This document shows, in pieces, positions 9,328-19,126 of a stretch of 64,000 nucleotides of DNA. A program made the translations under genes and the position numbers. Under the pieces are notes generated by a model that saw nothing but the letters and a program-made list of their open reading frames with translations, made no database searches and was not told the origin of the DNA. The DNA is from an uncultured delta proteobacterium. GTDB taxonomy: Bacteria; Desulfobacterota; Binatia; UBA9968. The stretch is from positions 160,001 through 224,000 of the forward strand of contig CAVSHR010000004.1 of assembly GCA_963727625.1 (NCBI GenBank), given 5' to 3'. The stretch's first letter is position 1. Each line of letters opens with the position of its first letter.

Positions 9328-10212
9328 ATGATTGACTCTAAGCTCAGCCTGAACGATGGTCGGCAAATTCCGCAACTTGGCCTGGGTGTGTGGCGAATTC
9401 CCGCCGGCAAGAAATGCGAAGGGGCCGTGCTCACGGCTTTCGACGCCGGTTATCGCCATATCGACACGGCGTCCTTTTACGGCAACGAGGAAAGCGTCGG
9501 CGCCGCGGTCCGGGCGAGCGGTATCCGCCGGGAGGAAATTTTCATAACCACGAAATTGTGGAACAGCGATCACTCGAGCCCTGAGCGCGCTCTTGAAGCG
9601 AGCCTGCGCAAGCTCAAGTTGGAGTATGTCGACCTCTACTTGATCCACTATCCGGTGCCGCAGCGCCTGCGCAGCTGGCACGCCTTCGAAAAATTGCAAC
9701 AGCAGGGCAAGATACGCTCGATCGGCGTCAGCAATTTCACCATAAGACATTTGACTGAGCTGCTCGCTGAGACGGAGACCGTGCCTGCCGTCAATCAAGT
9801 CGAATTTCACCCCTATTTGTATCAGCGAGAGCTATTGGATTACTGCGTTGCCCGAGGGATCGTCGTCGAGGCCTACTGTCCGTTGACCCAGGGAGAGCGG
9901 TTGAATGAGCGGAAGCTAATTGCCGTCGCCAGGAAATACCCTCAAGGTTCGGCACAGCCTACCCGCCGTCGCACGAAGTTTCCCTTTATGCCCGGTGCCT
10001 CCCGCAACGATGAAACCAAGTCGCCGGCGCAAATCCTGATTCGCTGGGGGCTGCAGCATAATCTGGTCGTCATCCCGAAGTCGGCCAATCCCACCCGCAT
10101 CCGCGAGAACGCGGATGTTTTTGATTTTGAAATCAGCGACGAAGATATGAAGACTTTGGATGGTTTTAATGAAAACCTGCGCACCTGCTGGGACTCGACC
10201 CATGCGCCGTGA
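9328..10212 (+). CDS. aldo/keto reductase (AKR5-like)
   Basis: IPQLGLGVW, GYRHIDTA, FITTKLW, DLYLIH, SIGVSNF, VIPKS; start moved to ATG 9328. Confidence 0.92.
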   Translation: MIDSKLSLNDGRQIPQLGLGVWRIPAGKKCEGAVLTAFDAGYRHIDTASFYGNEESVGAAVRASGIRREEIFITTKLWNSDHSSPERALEASLRKLKLEYVDLYLIHYPVPQRLRSWHAFEKLQQQGKIRSIGVSNFTIRHLTELLAETETVPAVNQVEFHPYLYQRELLDYCVARGIVVEAYCPLTQGERLNERKLIAVARKYPQGSAQPTRRRTKFPFMPGASRNDETKSPAQILIRWGLQHNLVVIPKSANPTRIRENADVFDFEISDEDMKTLDGFNENLRTCWDSTHAP

Positions 10213-10248
10213 CACGCTAATGCGAGAATCGGTTGCGGAGAAAAATGA

Positions 10249-10503
10249 ATGGAATTCGTAAGCCAGATTTTAGCCAAGCTGCTTATATGTGTCGGCATTA
10301 TGATCACTGCGGTCAGCTGTGTTTTAGGTTCCGTGGTCGGGTCGGGTGCAGGGGGCGTGCCGCTGATCGGTTTAGCTTTCATCATCGGCGGCGCCGTGCT
10401 CTGGAATAAAACGTCAACGAAGCTTTGCCCCGCCTGCGCCGAACGGGTGAAATCTCAAGCGCGCAAATGCCGGCACTGCGGCGCGGAGCTTGTCACCTAT
10501 TGA
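10249..10503 (+). CDS. small membrane protein with C-terminal zinc ribbon (UPF0547-like)
   Basis: Two hydrophobic helices then CPACAE...CRHCG. Confidence 0.75.
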   Translation: MEFVSQILAKLLICVGIMITAVSCVLGSVVGSGAGGVPLIGLAFIIGGAVLWNKTSTKLCPACAERVKSQARKCRHCGAELVTY

Positions 10504-10548
10504 CCTTGACCCGTGCGCTACGGTATGGCGTCGCGTCACTGACGTTGA

Positions 10549-12576
10549 TCATTTCCAGCTGATGCCCCGGGGGACTGGAAGGTGCAAACCGCGATCGAAG
10601 AGTCCGTAAAAAAATCCCCACGCGACCACGGCCAGGATGAGGCTGATCGCCCACCGTTCCCGGGCACCCAGCTTGAGATAAAGGAACGTTCCCAGGAGTG
10701 CGGTCAAGTTAAAGCCCAAAACCCACACGCTTACGAAAAGACCGATAATCCAGCTTCCCATAGCCAGCGCGCGGCGCTGGGCAACGACGAGGCGGCTCGC
10801 GTCTGCTTTCACGACCGCGCCGCGCGACCGAAGAGTTTTGTAAAATTCGCTCGCGAACACGATTAAGCTCAGGCCGAGGCCTATGATCCCAATCAACCGG
10901 GGAAAAAAGGCGGCCCTCGGAAATTCGACTCCGAAACCGAAAAATCCCTCGCGAACGACGTAAAGAAACACGGCGGCAAGGGCGAGAGCGAACAGCGCAG
11001 GGTAGACAGGACTACGCAAAATAATCTCAAGCTCGACATCGGCAACGATGTTGCCTTTGCCTTTTTGCTTGCGGGCCTGGTAGATGGAATAGGCGAAAGC
11101 CGCGATGATCAAAAATCCGATGACAAGCACTCCGGGATGAAGTAGCCAGCCGGCGCCATAGGCCGAACTGGCGATGAAGAAATTCGCCTCGACGATATGG
11201 CCCAACACGAGTCCGAGCAGAAGTGGTGGCCGGGGCCACTTGAACTGAACCATCAGCCAACCCAAAGCGCCGAAGAATAGAACCAGTGCGATGTCGCCAA
11301 TGTCGTTTTTCTCGGTAAACCCTCCCATAAAAACCAGCAGCAGGATAAAGGGAACGAGATAGGTTCCCTTGATGTAGGTGATTTTGACCAGTTGGCCAAG
11401 AAACAAAAAGCAAACCGCTACGGTGATGATGTTGGCGATGACGATAAGCCAGACAAAAGAAAAGGTCAGCGTGAGGAATTTTTCCGGATCGAGCATATCG
11501 GGACCCGGCGTGATGCCTTGGATAATAAACGCTCCCAACAAGATCGCCATGGAAACACTTCCCGGCACACCGAAAGCGATCGTGGGAATTAAGGAGCCGC
11601 CTTCTTTGGAATTGTTCGCCGCTCCGGGTCCCAGCACCCCTTCCACGGCGCCTTTGCCGAAGCGATCTTTATCGGGCGAGCTTTGCACGGCGTGAGCGTA
11701 GGCTACCCACTGGGCGGCGCCTCCTCCCAGGCCGGGTAAAAGCCCGATGTAGGCGCCGATGGCGCTGCAGCGCAGCACCAGCCAGCCGTGGTGAAAAGTG
11801 TCTTTGACTCCCTGCATCACGCCGCCGATCTTTTCGACCTTGTCCCGGGCGATGCTGGTTCCCTGGACTGCAAGATCAACGATTTCCGGGATCGCAAAAA
11901 GCCCCACAGTAACGACGACCAGCGATATGCCGTCCCAGAAAAACAACGAGGCGTCCTCGCCGATAATCGACTCCAACGTAAAACGCGGCACCGAAGCAAC
12001 GGGGTCAAGGCCGATGGTGGCGAGAATAAGTCCGAAAGCTCCCGCCGTGATGCCTTTCAAGATATTGCTTCCGCTCACCGACGCTACAAAGGTGATCCCC
12101 AGGATCGCCAGCATGAAAAACTCTGCCGCCCCGATCGAGAGCACGAGCGGCTGGACAATGGGGATGGCCAGCGCGAGCAGTAAGGCCCCGAAGACCGCGC
12201 CGATAAGAGAGCTCATGAGCGCGGCTCCGAGGGCGCGCCCAGCTTCGCCTTTCTTCGCCATCGCGTGCCCGTCGACGACTGTGGCAGCAGTCGTTCCCTC
12301 ACCGGGGACACCGAATAATACCGAGGTGATATCTCCCGTTGTTGCCGTGACCGCGTTGGAACCTAATAGAAAGGCGAACGCCGAGAAGGGATCCATCTGA
12401 TAAATGAAGGGAAGCATTAAGGCGAGAGTTGCCGCTCCCCCGAGGCCCGGCAAGATGCCGACCCAGAACCCAATGAAAATCCCCACGAGCATGAAAGAGA
12501 AGGCGTTCACGCCCGCGGGGGCTATGGGTAGGATTGCAACGAGCCCTTGGAAAAGGGCATCAAAATAACCCAACAA
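10549..12576 (-). CDS. tctA: tripartite tricarboxylate transporter permease TctA with fused TctB-like C-terminal domain
   Basis: GILPGLGG, FGVPGEG, ANNSKEGGSLIPTIAFGVPGS; about 170 extra residues with four TM helices. Confidence 0.9.
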   Translation of the reverse strand: MLGYFDALFQGLVAILPIAPAGVNAFSFMLVGIFIGFWVGILPGLGGAATLALMLPFIYQMDPFSAFAFLLGSNAVTATTGDITSVLFGVPGEGTTAATVVDGHAMAKKGEAGRALGAALMSSLIGAVFGALLLALAIPIVQPLVLSIGAAEFFMLAILGITFVASVSGSNILKGITAGAFGLILATIGLDPVASVPRFTLESIIGEDASLFFWDGISLVVVTVGLFAIPEIVDLAVQGTSIARDKVEKIGGVMQGVKDTFHHGWLVLRCSAIGAYIGLLPGLGGGAAQWVAYAHAVQSSPDKDRFGKGAVEGVLGPGAANNSKEGGSLIPTIAFGVPGSVSMAILLGAFIIQGITPGPDMLDPEKFLTLTFSFVWLIVIANIITVAVCFLFLGQLVKITYIKGTYLVPFILLLVFMGGFTEKNDIGDIALVLFFGALGWLMVQFKWPRPPLLLGLVLGHIVEANFFIASSAYGAGWLLHPGVLVIGFLIIAAFAYSIYQARKQKGKGNIVADVELEIILRSPVYPALFALALAAVFLYVVREGFFGFGVEFPRAAFFPRLIGIIGLGLSLIVFASEFYKTLRSRGAVVKADASRLVVAQRRALAMGSWIIGLFVSVWVLGFNLTALLGTFLYLKLGARERWAISLILAVVAWGFFYGLFDRGLHLPVPRGISWK

Positions 12577-12578
12577 GA

Positions 12579-13628
12579 CTAATTCTTTCGCCCGATCATG
12601 GTCTTCAGCTTTTCGACCGCCGAAGCCGGAGTGTTGACGACTTCTTCCACGTACTTTGCGACATCCTCACCGGAGGTAAAACCGATATCCAGCTTGCCTT
12701 TCTTGGCCTCGGCTAAAAATTCCGGATCCTCCATCGTTTTCTTGAGACTCTCGCGAAGCAGTCCGACCCTGTCTTTAGTCACCTTTGGCGGCGCCACCAC
12801 GGGACGGAAAAATACGTAGGGGTTAAGCCATGCCTTGAACGCAGCCAGATCGGACGGGTCTTTGATCCGCGCTGAAATTTGCGGAATTTGTTTGGTCTCG
12901 GGGTCGGGATGCTTACCTTGGATGGCGAAGGGGATCAGCCGCTTCTCGCCTTTGTCATTGAGCATGGCACGCGCTGTCGTCCGGATTGACTCCCAAGTCC
13001 AGCAGGCCCCATCGATTTCCCTTCGCTGCATCGCCACCCGGACCGCGGAAGTGCCTCCATAACCGCGAACGACATTGATTGGGGCATTGAACAAGCCAAT
13101 CAGCAATTTGGGCAGGTCATCAGTCGTAGAACCCGGTCCGGTGGAGCCGAATCGAAGCTCTTTTTTGGAATTCACCACGTCGTTCAGGGTATTGAGTCCC
13201 GTAAAACCCATGATCACACAAGTCGGAGTGCCTTCGCTCATTGAGCCGAGCCAGTGGAATTTCCTGGAGTCGAAGCGAATCCCTTTTTCCCCCAACGCCT
13301 GTTGCGTGACCAAACCGCCGCCGAACACGCCCAACGTTGTTCCGTCGGGCTCGGCGCGGTTAAAAACATAATTTGCCGCGCGCAGGCTTCCGGCGCCGTC
13401 CATGTTCTCGACCACGACGGTGGGATTGCCCGGAATGTGTTTCCCCAGATGGCGGCTCACCGCTCGGGTATAAACGTCATAACCGCCGCCCACCCGGTAT
13501 CCCACAATGATGCGAATCACTTTATCCTTGTAAAAGTCCTGGGCGGCGGCACCAGGTAAGTAACCTGCAATAAAGACTGCAATTGTAGCGGCCGTGGTTA
13601 GCAAAAAATTTTTTGGTCGCTTTATCAT
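12579..13628 (-). CDS. tctC: TctC/Bug family periplasmic substrate-binding protein
   Basis: VGYRVGGGYDVYTR, HIPGNP, ENMDGAGS; start moved to ATG 13628. Confidence 0.88.
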   Translation of the reverse strand: MIKRPKNFLLTTAATIAVFIAGYLPGAAAQDFYKDKVIRIIVGYRVGGGYDVYTRAVSRHLGKHIPGNPTVVVENMDGAGSLRAANYVFNRAEPDGTTLGVFGGGLVTQQALGEKGIRFDSRKFHWLGSMSEGTPTCVIMGFTGLNTLNDVVNSKKELRFGSTGPGSTTDDLPKLLIGLFNAPINVVRGYGGTSAVRVAMQRREIDGACWTWESIRTTARAMLNDKGEKRLIPFAIQGKHPDPETKQIPQISARIKDPSDLAAFKAWLNPYVFFRPVVAPPKVTKDRVGLLRESLKKTMEDPEFLAEAKKGKLDIGFTSGEDVAKYVEEVVNTPASAVEKLKTMIGRKN

Positions 13629-13715
13629 TTTCTCTCCTCTCTGTTTATCTCTGGTCGTCCGATTCACGACTTCGTAACCCACTAAAAACTGCTTAGCAAA
13701 ATATTCAAGGCGAAA

Positions 13716-13731
13716 CGCAATCGTTGTGCCA
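13716..13731 (-). promoter_or_regulatory. sigma-54 (-24/-12) promoter upstream of tctC-tctA
   Basis: Minus strand TGGCAC-AACGA-TTGCG matches TGGCAC-N5-TTGC, about 90 nt upstream of tctC. Confidence 0.75.
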
Positions 13732-13839
13732 TGGAATTAGGGCAGATTTTACGGCTAAAAACAGATTTTCCTTCTTAAATTTGCGAACCGGGCCGGAATC
13801 TATTTTCAAGAGTAGGAACTTTTTCGACGGGAATTAATG

Positions 13840-13965
13840 TGAGCTAACCTCGGTTTGACGGACACCTTAGAGAAGGGACAAATAACCTTAAGGAGGTGTT
13901 CGATGACCAAGCGCAGGAAATACACGTCTGAGTTTAAACGAGAAGCAGTGCGGCTGATGGCGAGT
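13840..13965 (+). mobile_element. IS3-family left-end remnant
   Basis: TG...GGACACC IR-like end, AAGGAGG SD, ATG 13903 MTKRRKYTSEFKREAVRL (OrfA HTH start), then homology stops. Confidence 0.75.
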
Positions 13966-14232
13966 TCATTGAATGACGGAATCGCGTCTGAAATGCTTCG
14001 GCGGCACTAAGAAAATTTCGCTATCATTTTCAAGCGGGAACGTCCTACCCGTTTTGGGACAGAGCGCATTGTGCCATCGAATAGCCTTCACCTGTGGTGG
14101 GACAGAACGCCCATGAAATAACTCAGCGATGCTTTGCTTTTGGTCTGGACCTTCCTCGATGTGAAGCCTCAATAGAACCGGATGATCGCGGCCGCAATTC
14201 TTGCAACGAACAGAAATATCGTAAGCAGGCAT
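13966..14232 (-). CDS. small putative zinc-binding protein (CxxC-x2-H...C)
   Basis: GGAGG SD; CKNCGRDH and CPKTG motifs; 88 aa. Confidence 0.7.
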   Translation of the reverse strand: MPAYDISVRCKNCGRDHPVLLRLHIEEGPDQKQSIAELFHGRSVPPQVKAIRWHNALCPKTGRTFPLENDSEIFLVPPKHFRRDSVIQ

Positions 14233-14759
14233 GGGACCTCCTATCTCCTACAAGACTCATATCGCCGAGTCCGGTTCTTACGCAAGCCCCCCTTTTTTGA
14301 GTAGATCCGTTGGGGAACAAGCACTCATCCACAACAATACGGGCAAGCTCCAGGGCGAACCCCGCCGCACGCTATTTCAACCCCGTTAAATCGTGGAACC
14401 TCAAAGCGGACAACCGGCAGGGTGAAAGCAAGACGCCGCCGCCGCAACCCGCTCATTGAAGTTTGTTCCCGCCGGCCTCTATCAGAATATGACCAAGCTA
14501 ATCCACCAGGGAAATGAGGCTGATGAAACATCGGTTTCGTGTCTTTGCTCCATAGATGGATTGCGGATTTTAATCTTTATCACTCAAAGACCCCAAGCTC
14601 ACAAATGTGGATTTCTTCATTGACGCCGCCAACCACCTGAAGTAAAAGTCAGATCAGTCGCTGTTGTGTTCGCTTGGTAGCGCTCTTGCGGATTCAAGTT
14701 GTGTTTTTCCGGGGCGCACAAAAAGTTATAGCAATCGCTACGGGATAAAGGAGGCGCGC

Positions 14760-15809
14760 ATGAACAAAATAGTATTGGCTGCGGTCGCGTTCGTAAGCGG
14801 AATCGGTTCTCTTTGTAGTTTTCCGAATTCCGTTACGGCGGACGATTTTTACAAGGGCAGTACGATTCGCTTTGTCGTGGGCTATGCCGCGGGAGGTGGC
14901 TATGATCTCGCGACTCGCTTGGTAAGCAGGCATATCGGTAAACACATTCCCGGAAATCCTTCCGTCGTAGTGGAAAACATGACCGGTGCTGGGAGCCTTA
15001 TCGCCGCCAATTATACCTACAAGGGCGCCAAAGCTGACGGTTTGACAGTGGGGATTTGGAACGGGGCGTTTGTTTTGCGCCAGGCGCTTGGCGACAAAGC
15101 AGTGAGACTGGACGGACGGAAGCTCGGCTGGCTCGGCGCACCCACCAAAGGAACGCCGGTCTGCGCGATCATGGCCCACACCGGCCTTAAGTCTTTCGAG
15201 GACATTCTTAATTCAAAGAAGAGGATTAAAATGGGGGCAACCCGGGCGGGTTCCACTTACGACGACCTGCCAAAAATCCTAAACAAGACGGTGAATACCA
15301 AGTTCGACGTCATCAGCGGTTACACGGGGACTGGGACGATCTCAGTCGCCCTGCGGTCAAGGGAGGTGGACGGGGCCTGTCAGACTTGGGAGTCGATGCG
15401 AACAACCATGAGGGTCTTGCTCAACGGGAAAGGTGAAAACGAAATGATACCTTTCTTGATTCATAGCAGGTGGGAAGACCCAGAAGTTAAGGACGTGCCG
15501 CTCATTCCTGAAATTATCAAAGGCAAAGATAATCTCGCGATGTACCGGGCATGGGTCGCCACCTACGAGTTTCAGCGTCCCTTCAGCGTGCCGCCCGGCA
15601 CCCCAAAGGAACGGTTAAGCATACTGCGTAAGGCGTTTGCGGCGACCATGAAGGATCCTGAATTCTTGTCCGAGGCCAAGAAGTCAAAATTGGATGTGAC
15701 GTATGTAACGCCTGAGCAGATAGCGGACTATGTCGAACAAATCATGACGATGACGCCCAAGGCGAAGGCGAGTCTTCAATTCCTTGTTAGGAAGTCAAAA
15801 AAGCAATAA
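14760..15809 (+). CDS. tctC: TctC/Bug family substrate-binding protein (second paralog)
   Basis: VGYAAGGGYDL, HIPGNP, ENMTGAGS; AAGGAGG before ATG 14760. Confidence 0.88.
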   Translation: MNKIVLAAVAFVSGIGSLCSFPNSVTADDFYKGSTIRFVVGYAAGGGYDLATRLVSRHIGKHIPGNPSVVVENMTGAGSLIAANYTYKGAKADGLTVGIWNGAFVLRQALGDKAVRLDGRKLGWLGAPTKGTPVCAIMAHTGLKSFEDILNSKKRIKMGATRAGSTYDDLPKILNKTVNTKFDVISGYTGTGTISVALRSREVDGACQTWESMRTTMRVLLNGKGENEMIPFLIHSRWEDPEVKDVPLIPEIIKGKDNLAMYRAWVATYEFQRPFSVPPGTPKERLSILRKAFAATMKDPEFLSEAKKSKLDVTYVTPEQIADYVEQIMTMTPKAKASLQFLVRKSKKQ

Positions 15810-15864
15810 GGGAACTACCGAGCCGGCGGGGTGGATTAACCAGGGTCGCACTGGCGTGTGAACC

Positions 15865-16089
15865 CGCCGGACATCGGAATGAGCTCGACGCCATACCCTT
15901 CGGCGCGGAAGTAGCCCAATTTTTGCGCCAAGATCAACGGGTAAGAAGCGGATTCGATTCCTTGTAGTCTGATGCGCAAGGGCGTGAGGTTATCGGCAGA
16001 AGCCGCAGCGCAAAGAGCTTTGCCGGAATGGCAGCGATAAACAAGGAGAAGGTCATTGCAACCACAACCACCGACCGCGATCGTGCCAT
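15865..16089 (-). pseudogene. N-terminal fragment of SsuA/THI5-like binding protein
   Basis: Signal peptide MARSRSVVVVAM..., frameshift, then LRIRLQGIESASYPLILAQKLGYFRAEGYGVELIPMSGG, truncated. Confidence 0.65.
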
Positions 16090-16273
16090 TCTCGGTTCTC
16101 GATACGCCAGTGCCATCCTAGGATTCGACGCCGAAATCATTGACCGGGCGACATCGAGAGTTGTAATTCAGTCTCACACAGGGAGCGGAACAATCGCGGG
16201 CTTTGAACGGCTTGAAAAAAGCAAAGGAGTCCGCAATTCAAACGATCGAACCACGACAACGGCGGGAACAGTG

Positions 16274-16370
16274 ATGAAGAACGGCTTAAAGATCATCGAT
16301 TCCGATATACATATCATGGAGCCCGTCGACCTTTGGGAAAAATACCTGGAGCCGCGTTTCAAAGATCGCG
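16274..16370 (+). pseudogene. amidohydrolase N-terminal fragment
   Basis: MKNGLKIIDSDIHIMEPVDLWEKYLEPRFKDR, same DxDxH start as the intact amidohydrolases at 52-57 kb. Confidence 0.75.
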
Positions 16371-16505
16371 GCCCGCGCGGTTGGAGAACTAAAACGGACT
16401 TGCCCGACCAGGAGGCAAAAAGCTAAAACAACCCTGTCTCGGACGCTCTCCGTTGGCCGGTTTTTGGGGTGACCACTAATGGCCGGTTTTGAAGTGACCA
16501 TTGAG
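16368..16505 (+). mobile_element. IS21-family right-end remnant (istB 3' tail and terminal repeats)
   Basis: GPRGWRTKTDLPDQEAKS* resembles IstB C-termini; tandem TGGCCGGTTTT...GTGACCA repeats at 16454 and 16480. Confidence 0.65.
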
Positions 16506-16967
16506 GGACAATTTCTATGAAAGATGCCCGTGCGTTGGCTGACATTGGATCGAAGCTGTCGAGTCCAGCTCTTATTTTGGCTGCAATCGAAATGTAACGT
16601 CGTACAGTTCAATCCTGCGACAAAAATTTGTCCCAAGAGTCTTGTGTCCTTGCTTTACGTGCCTCGACTCCGGTGATGTTGCGCCCACTAGATTCGGAAC
16701 ACTGGATGAGTGGCTACTGAGACCCGTCCCCAACTCCGCATATAATCCGAAGCCCTCGCTTTTTTTTTAGTTTATTTCATCTTCCCATAATATCTTGTCA
16801 CAGATAAATTAAGAGCGAGCCTTGGTAAAAATTTGGCAGGAAAACTCTGGACCTCATGTAATCCTGCTCAGTAGTGAGCAAGGGGAAGAAAAATAGGGGT
16901 GGACCTCCGAGATCGTCCAGCGCATGAGGCGGCGGCGAAAACGCTTATGCAGGTCACCGAGGTGGTC

Positions 16968-17001
16968 AAAAAGGTGCCGGGGCGCAACTCCCCGGCACCT
17001 T
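16968..17001 (-). terminator. rho-independent terminator of the MBL hydrolase gene
   Basis: AAGGTGCCGGGG/CCCCGGCACCTT stem followed by a T-run on the minus strand. Confidence 0.75.
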
Positions 17002-17042
17002 CGACCTATGCAGACAAAAAACAATCCACTAACCGCGAAATT

Positions 17043-18008
17043 TCAACAACCGCCGACGCATTTCCCATTGCGGTTAAATCGCATCTCAACGCCGCTTAAG
17101 GGCACATGCACGTCGATCATTCGGTCGACAAGACCGATGAATCTTGCCGTCTTGGTTCCAGGCTGAACCACTCCGCCGGAGGTGGCCGCTTCGTTCGCGT
17201 GCGAAGGGATCACGGAGTTGGGCTTGACGAGTTTGTTTATTGCGAAGGCGGCTTCTTCAGGACCCGTGCTGAAAACATCGCCGATATTGATCACGGCCAG
17301 CTTAGCACCGTATTGCTGCCGAACGACCGTTTCCATATCGGATACTACGCCGGTGTCACCGGACAGATACACGACCAGGCCGTTAGAGAACTTAATGATA
17401 TAGCCCTCTTCGGGACCGACATAGGCTGTAAGGCCGTCAGCGGGAGGGTTTGTAAGAAACACGGCGGACACACCATTGCTGTGTAGGGCGCGCACCGTGG
17501 CAAACGTGACACCATTGATCGTTATCTTTCCGCCGGGACGCAGGGTTGTGGCTTGGTTGGCCGCTCCCCCCGCAGCCGAAATCTTGGCATTCAGGAAAGC
17601 AGGCATCTCCCCGCCTACGAGTACTGTGGAACCTTTTGCGGCCGCGATTTCGGCGAAGTTGGAATTGGGAGTCTTGTCGACCGTGGCGGTGTTGTCGCCG
17701 CAGGCCCCGGGATTAACCGTAGGAATCGCTTTATCGCCGATATGGTCGACGTGGACATGGGAAAGCAGCATGACGTCGATAACGTCCAGCCTTGTATCCG
17801 ACCCTCCCGTTACCGTGCGACCGGGATCGTAAAGGATCCTTAACCCGTTTGGATCCTCGAATATCAGTGCCCGATCGTTCCGGCAAAATTCTCCATCATT
17901 GCTACCGAGGGGTGTAATACGCACCTGATTCTGTGCCCACGCCGAAGACCATCCGAGAAACAGAAAGCTGGCAACAAGAACGGCATACATTGCACATCTT
18001 GGCTTCAT
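17043..18008 (-). CDS. secreted MBL-fold metallo-hydrolase (UPF0173-like)
   Basis: Signal peptide, SHVHVDH, HSNG, YLSGDTG, VIPSH; AAGGAGG SD. Confidence 0.88.
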   Translation of the reverse strand: MKPRCAMYAVLVASFLFLGWSSAWAQNQVRITPLGSNDGEFCRNDRALIFEDPNGLRILYDPGRTVTGGSDTRLDVIDVMLLSHVHVDHIGDKAIPTVNPGACGDNTATVDKTPNSNFAEIAAAKGSTVLVGGEMPAFLNAKISAAGGAANQATTLRPGGKITINGVTFATVRALHSNGVSAVFLTNPPADGLTAYVGPEEGYIIKFSNGLVVYLSGDTGVVSDMETVVRQQYGAKLAVINIGDVFSTGPEEAAFAINKLVKPNSVIPSHANEAATSGGVVQPGTKTARFIGLVDRMIDVHVPLSGVEMRFNRNGKCVGGC

Positions 18009-18390
18009 CGCTTATTCCTCCCTTTTCTAGCTTTTTGATTTGTGTCGATTTAACCGGAAAAGATCCGGTGCGGCGGGCTTCGAGCATGACCTGAAAATCG
18101 GAAAAGAAGAGCGGGTTTCACCTTTATCTCGCAAGCCAAATTTTGGAACGAAGGAAGAAAATACTAGAAACAGTTTAGAACATTTGTCGCATATCGAGAT
18201 ATTTTCGGACAGTCAAGTACGAAATATCGGTCGAATGGGACGATCGGCCGAGCTGCATCAGTGCGAAAATAAGTTCTTTGTCATTAAAAATCCGCGTATT
18301 TTGGGTAAAGTTCGCGTTAAAAAACGAAGTTCAACCAGCGGGGAGCTTCACAGCAACCTCGGGCCAGAGGTGATCAGGGGCGGGCCGGCG

Positions 18391-19071
18391 TCAACGCTTA
18401 ATCAGCCGGCCGAATGCACTCCGGGCTGTCGTTCGCGGCGAGTTGACCAGCGTCGAAACGTCGTGCGTTTCCATTAGCTCTGAGGGAAAGGGCTGTAAGT
18501 TCGCCGCAAGCATCATTGCAGAATTGACGGCGCATCTTGGATCGAGCCACTGTAATCCCATCTCCCTGTCATAGATCACCGGCATTCGGTTGTGGATCGG
18601 ACGTAGCAACGCGTTGGGCTCGCACGTGATGATTGTGAACGTGTAAAGCTCTTTGCCGCTCTCTCGGTCGCGCCAGAAATCCCACAGCCCCGCAAAGACA
18701 AAAGGCTCGCGCTTCTTGAGATGCACCCATACCGGCACCTTACGCTTGCCCTCCCTGCGCCATTCGTAAAATCCATCCGCTGGAATGACGCAACGCTTTG
18801 TGCCCACCAAACGCTTGAACGACGGCTTTTCAAGCAGGGTTTCGGCGCGGGCGTTAATCATGCGTTGACCGATTGACGGGTCTTGCGACCAAGACGGCAC
18901 GAGGCCCCATTTCATCAATTTGGCCTCGTTGCGGTCTTCATTGCGCAGGATCACCGGCACGTCCTGCGACGGCGCGATGTTGTAACGAGGTCGGAAGGAA
19001 AGATCACCTTGGAGGTTCCAGCGAACCTTTAGATCGCGAAAGCTGAATGTTGCGGTGAAGCGACCACACAT
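18391..19071 (-). CDS. SOS response-associated peptidase (SRAP/YedK), 1-nt frameshift near the C-terminus
   Basis: MCGRF, YNIAPSQ, INARAET, GFYEW, IHNRMPVI; conserved NDSPECI tail lies in the adjacent frame. Confidence 0.88.
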   Translation of the reverse strand: MCGRFTATFSFRDLKVRWNLQGDLSFRPRYNIAPSQDVPVILRNEDRNEAKLMKWGLVPSWSQDPSIGQRMINARAETLLEKPSFKRLVGTKRCVIPADGFYEWRREGKRKVPVWVHLKKREPFVFAGLWDFWRDRESGKELYTFTIITCEPNALLRPIHNRMPVIYDREMGLQWLDPRCAVNSAMMLAANLQPFPSELMETHDVSTLVNSPRTTARSAFGRLIKR

Positions 19072-19126
19072 ACGATTGGACTACTCCCGATCCATACGCG
19101 TAGCTGAACTGTCGAGATCGTTCATT

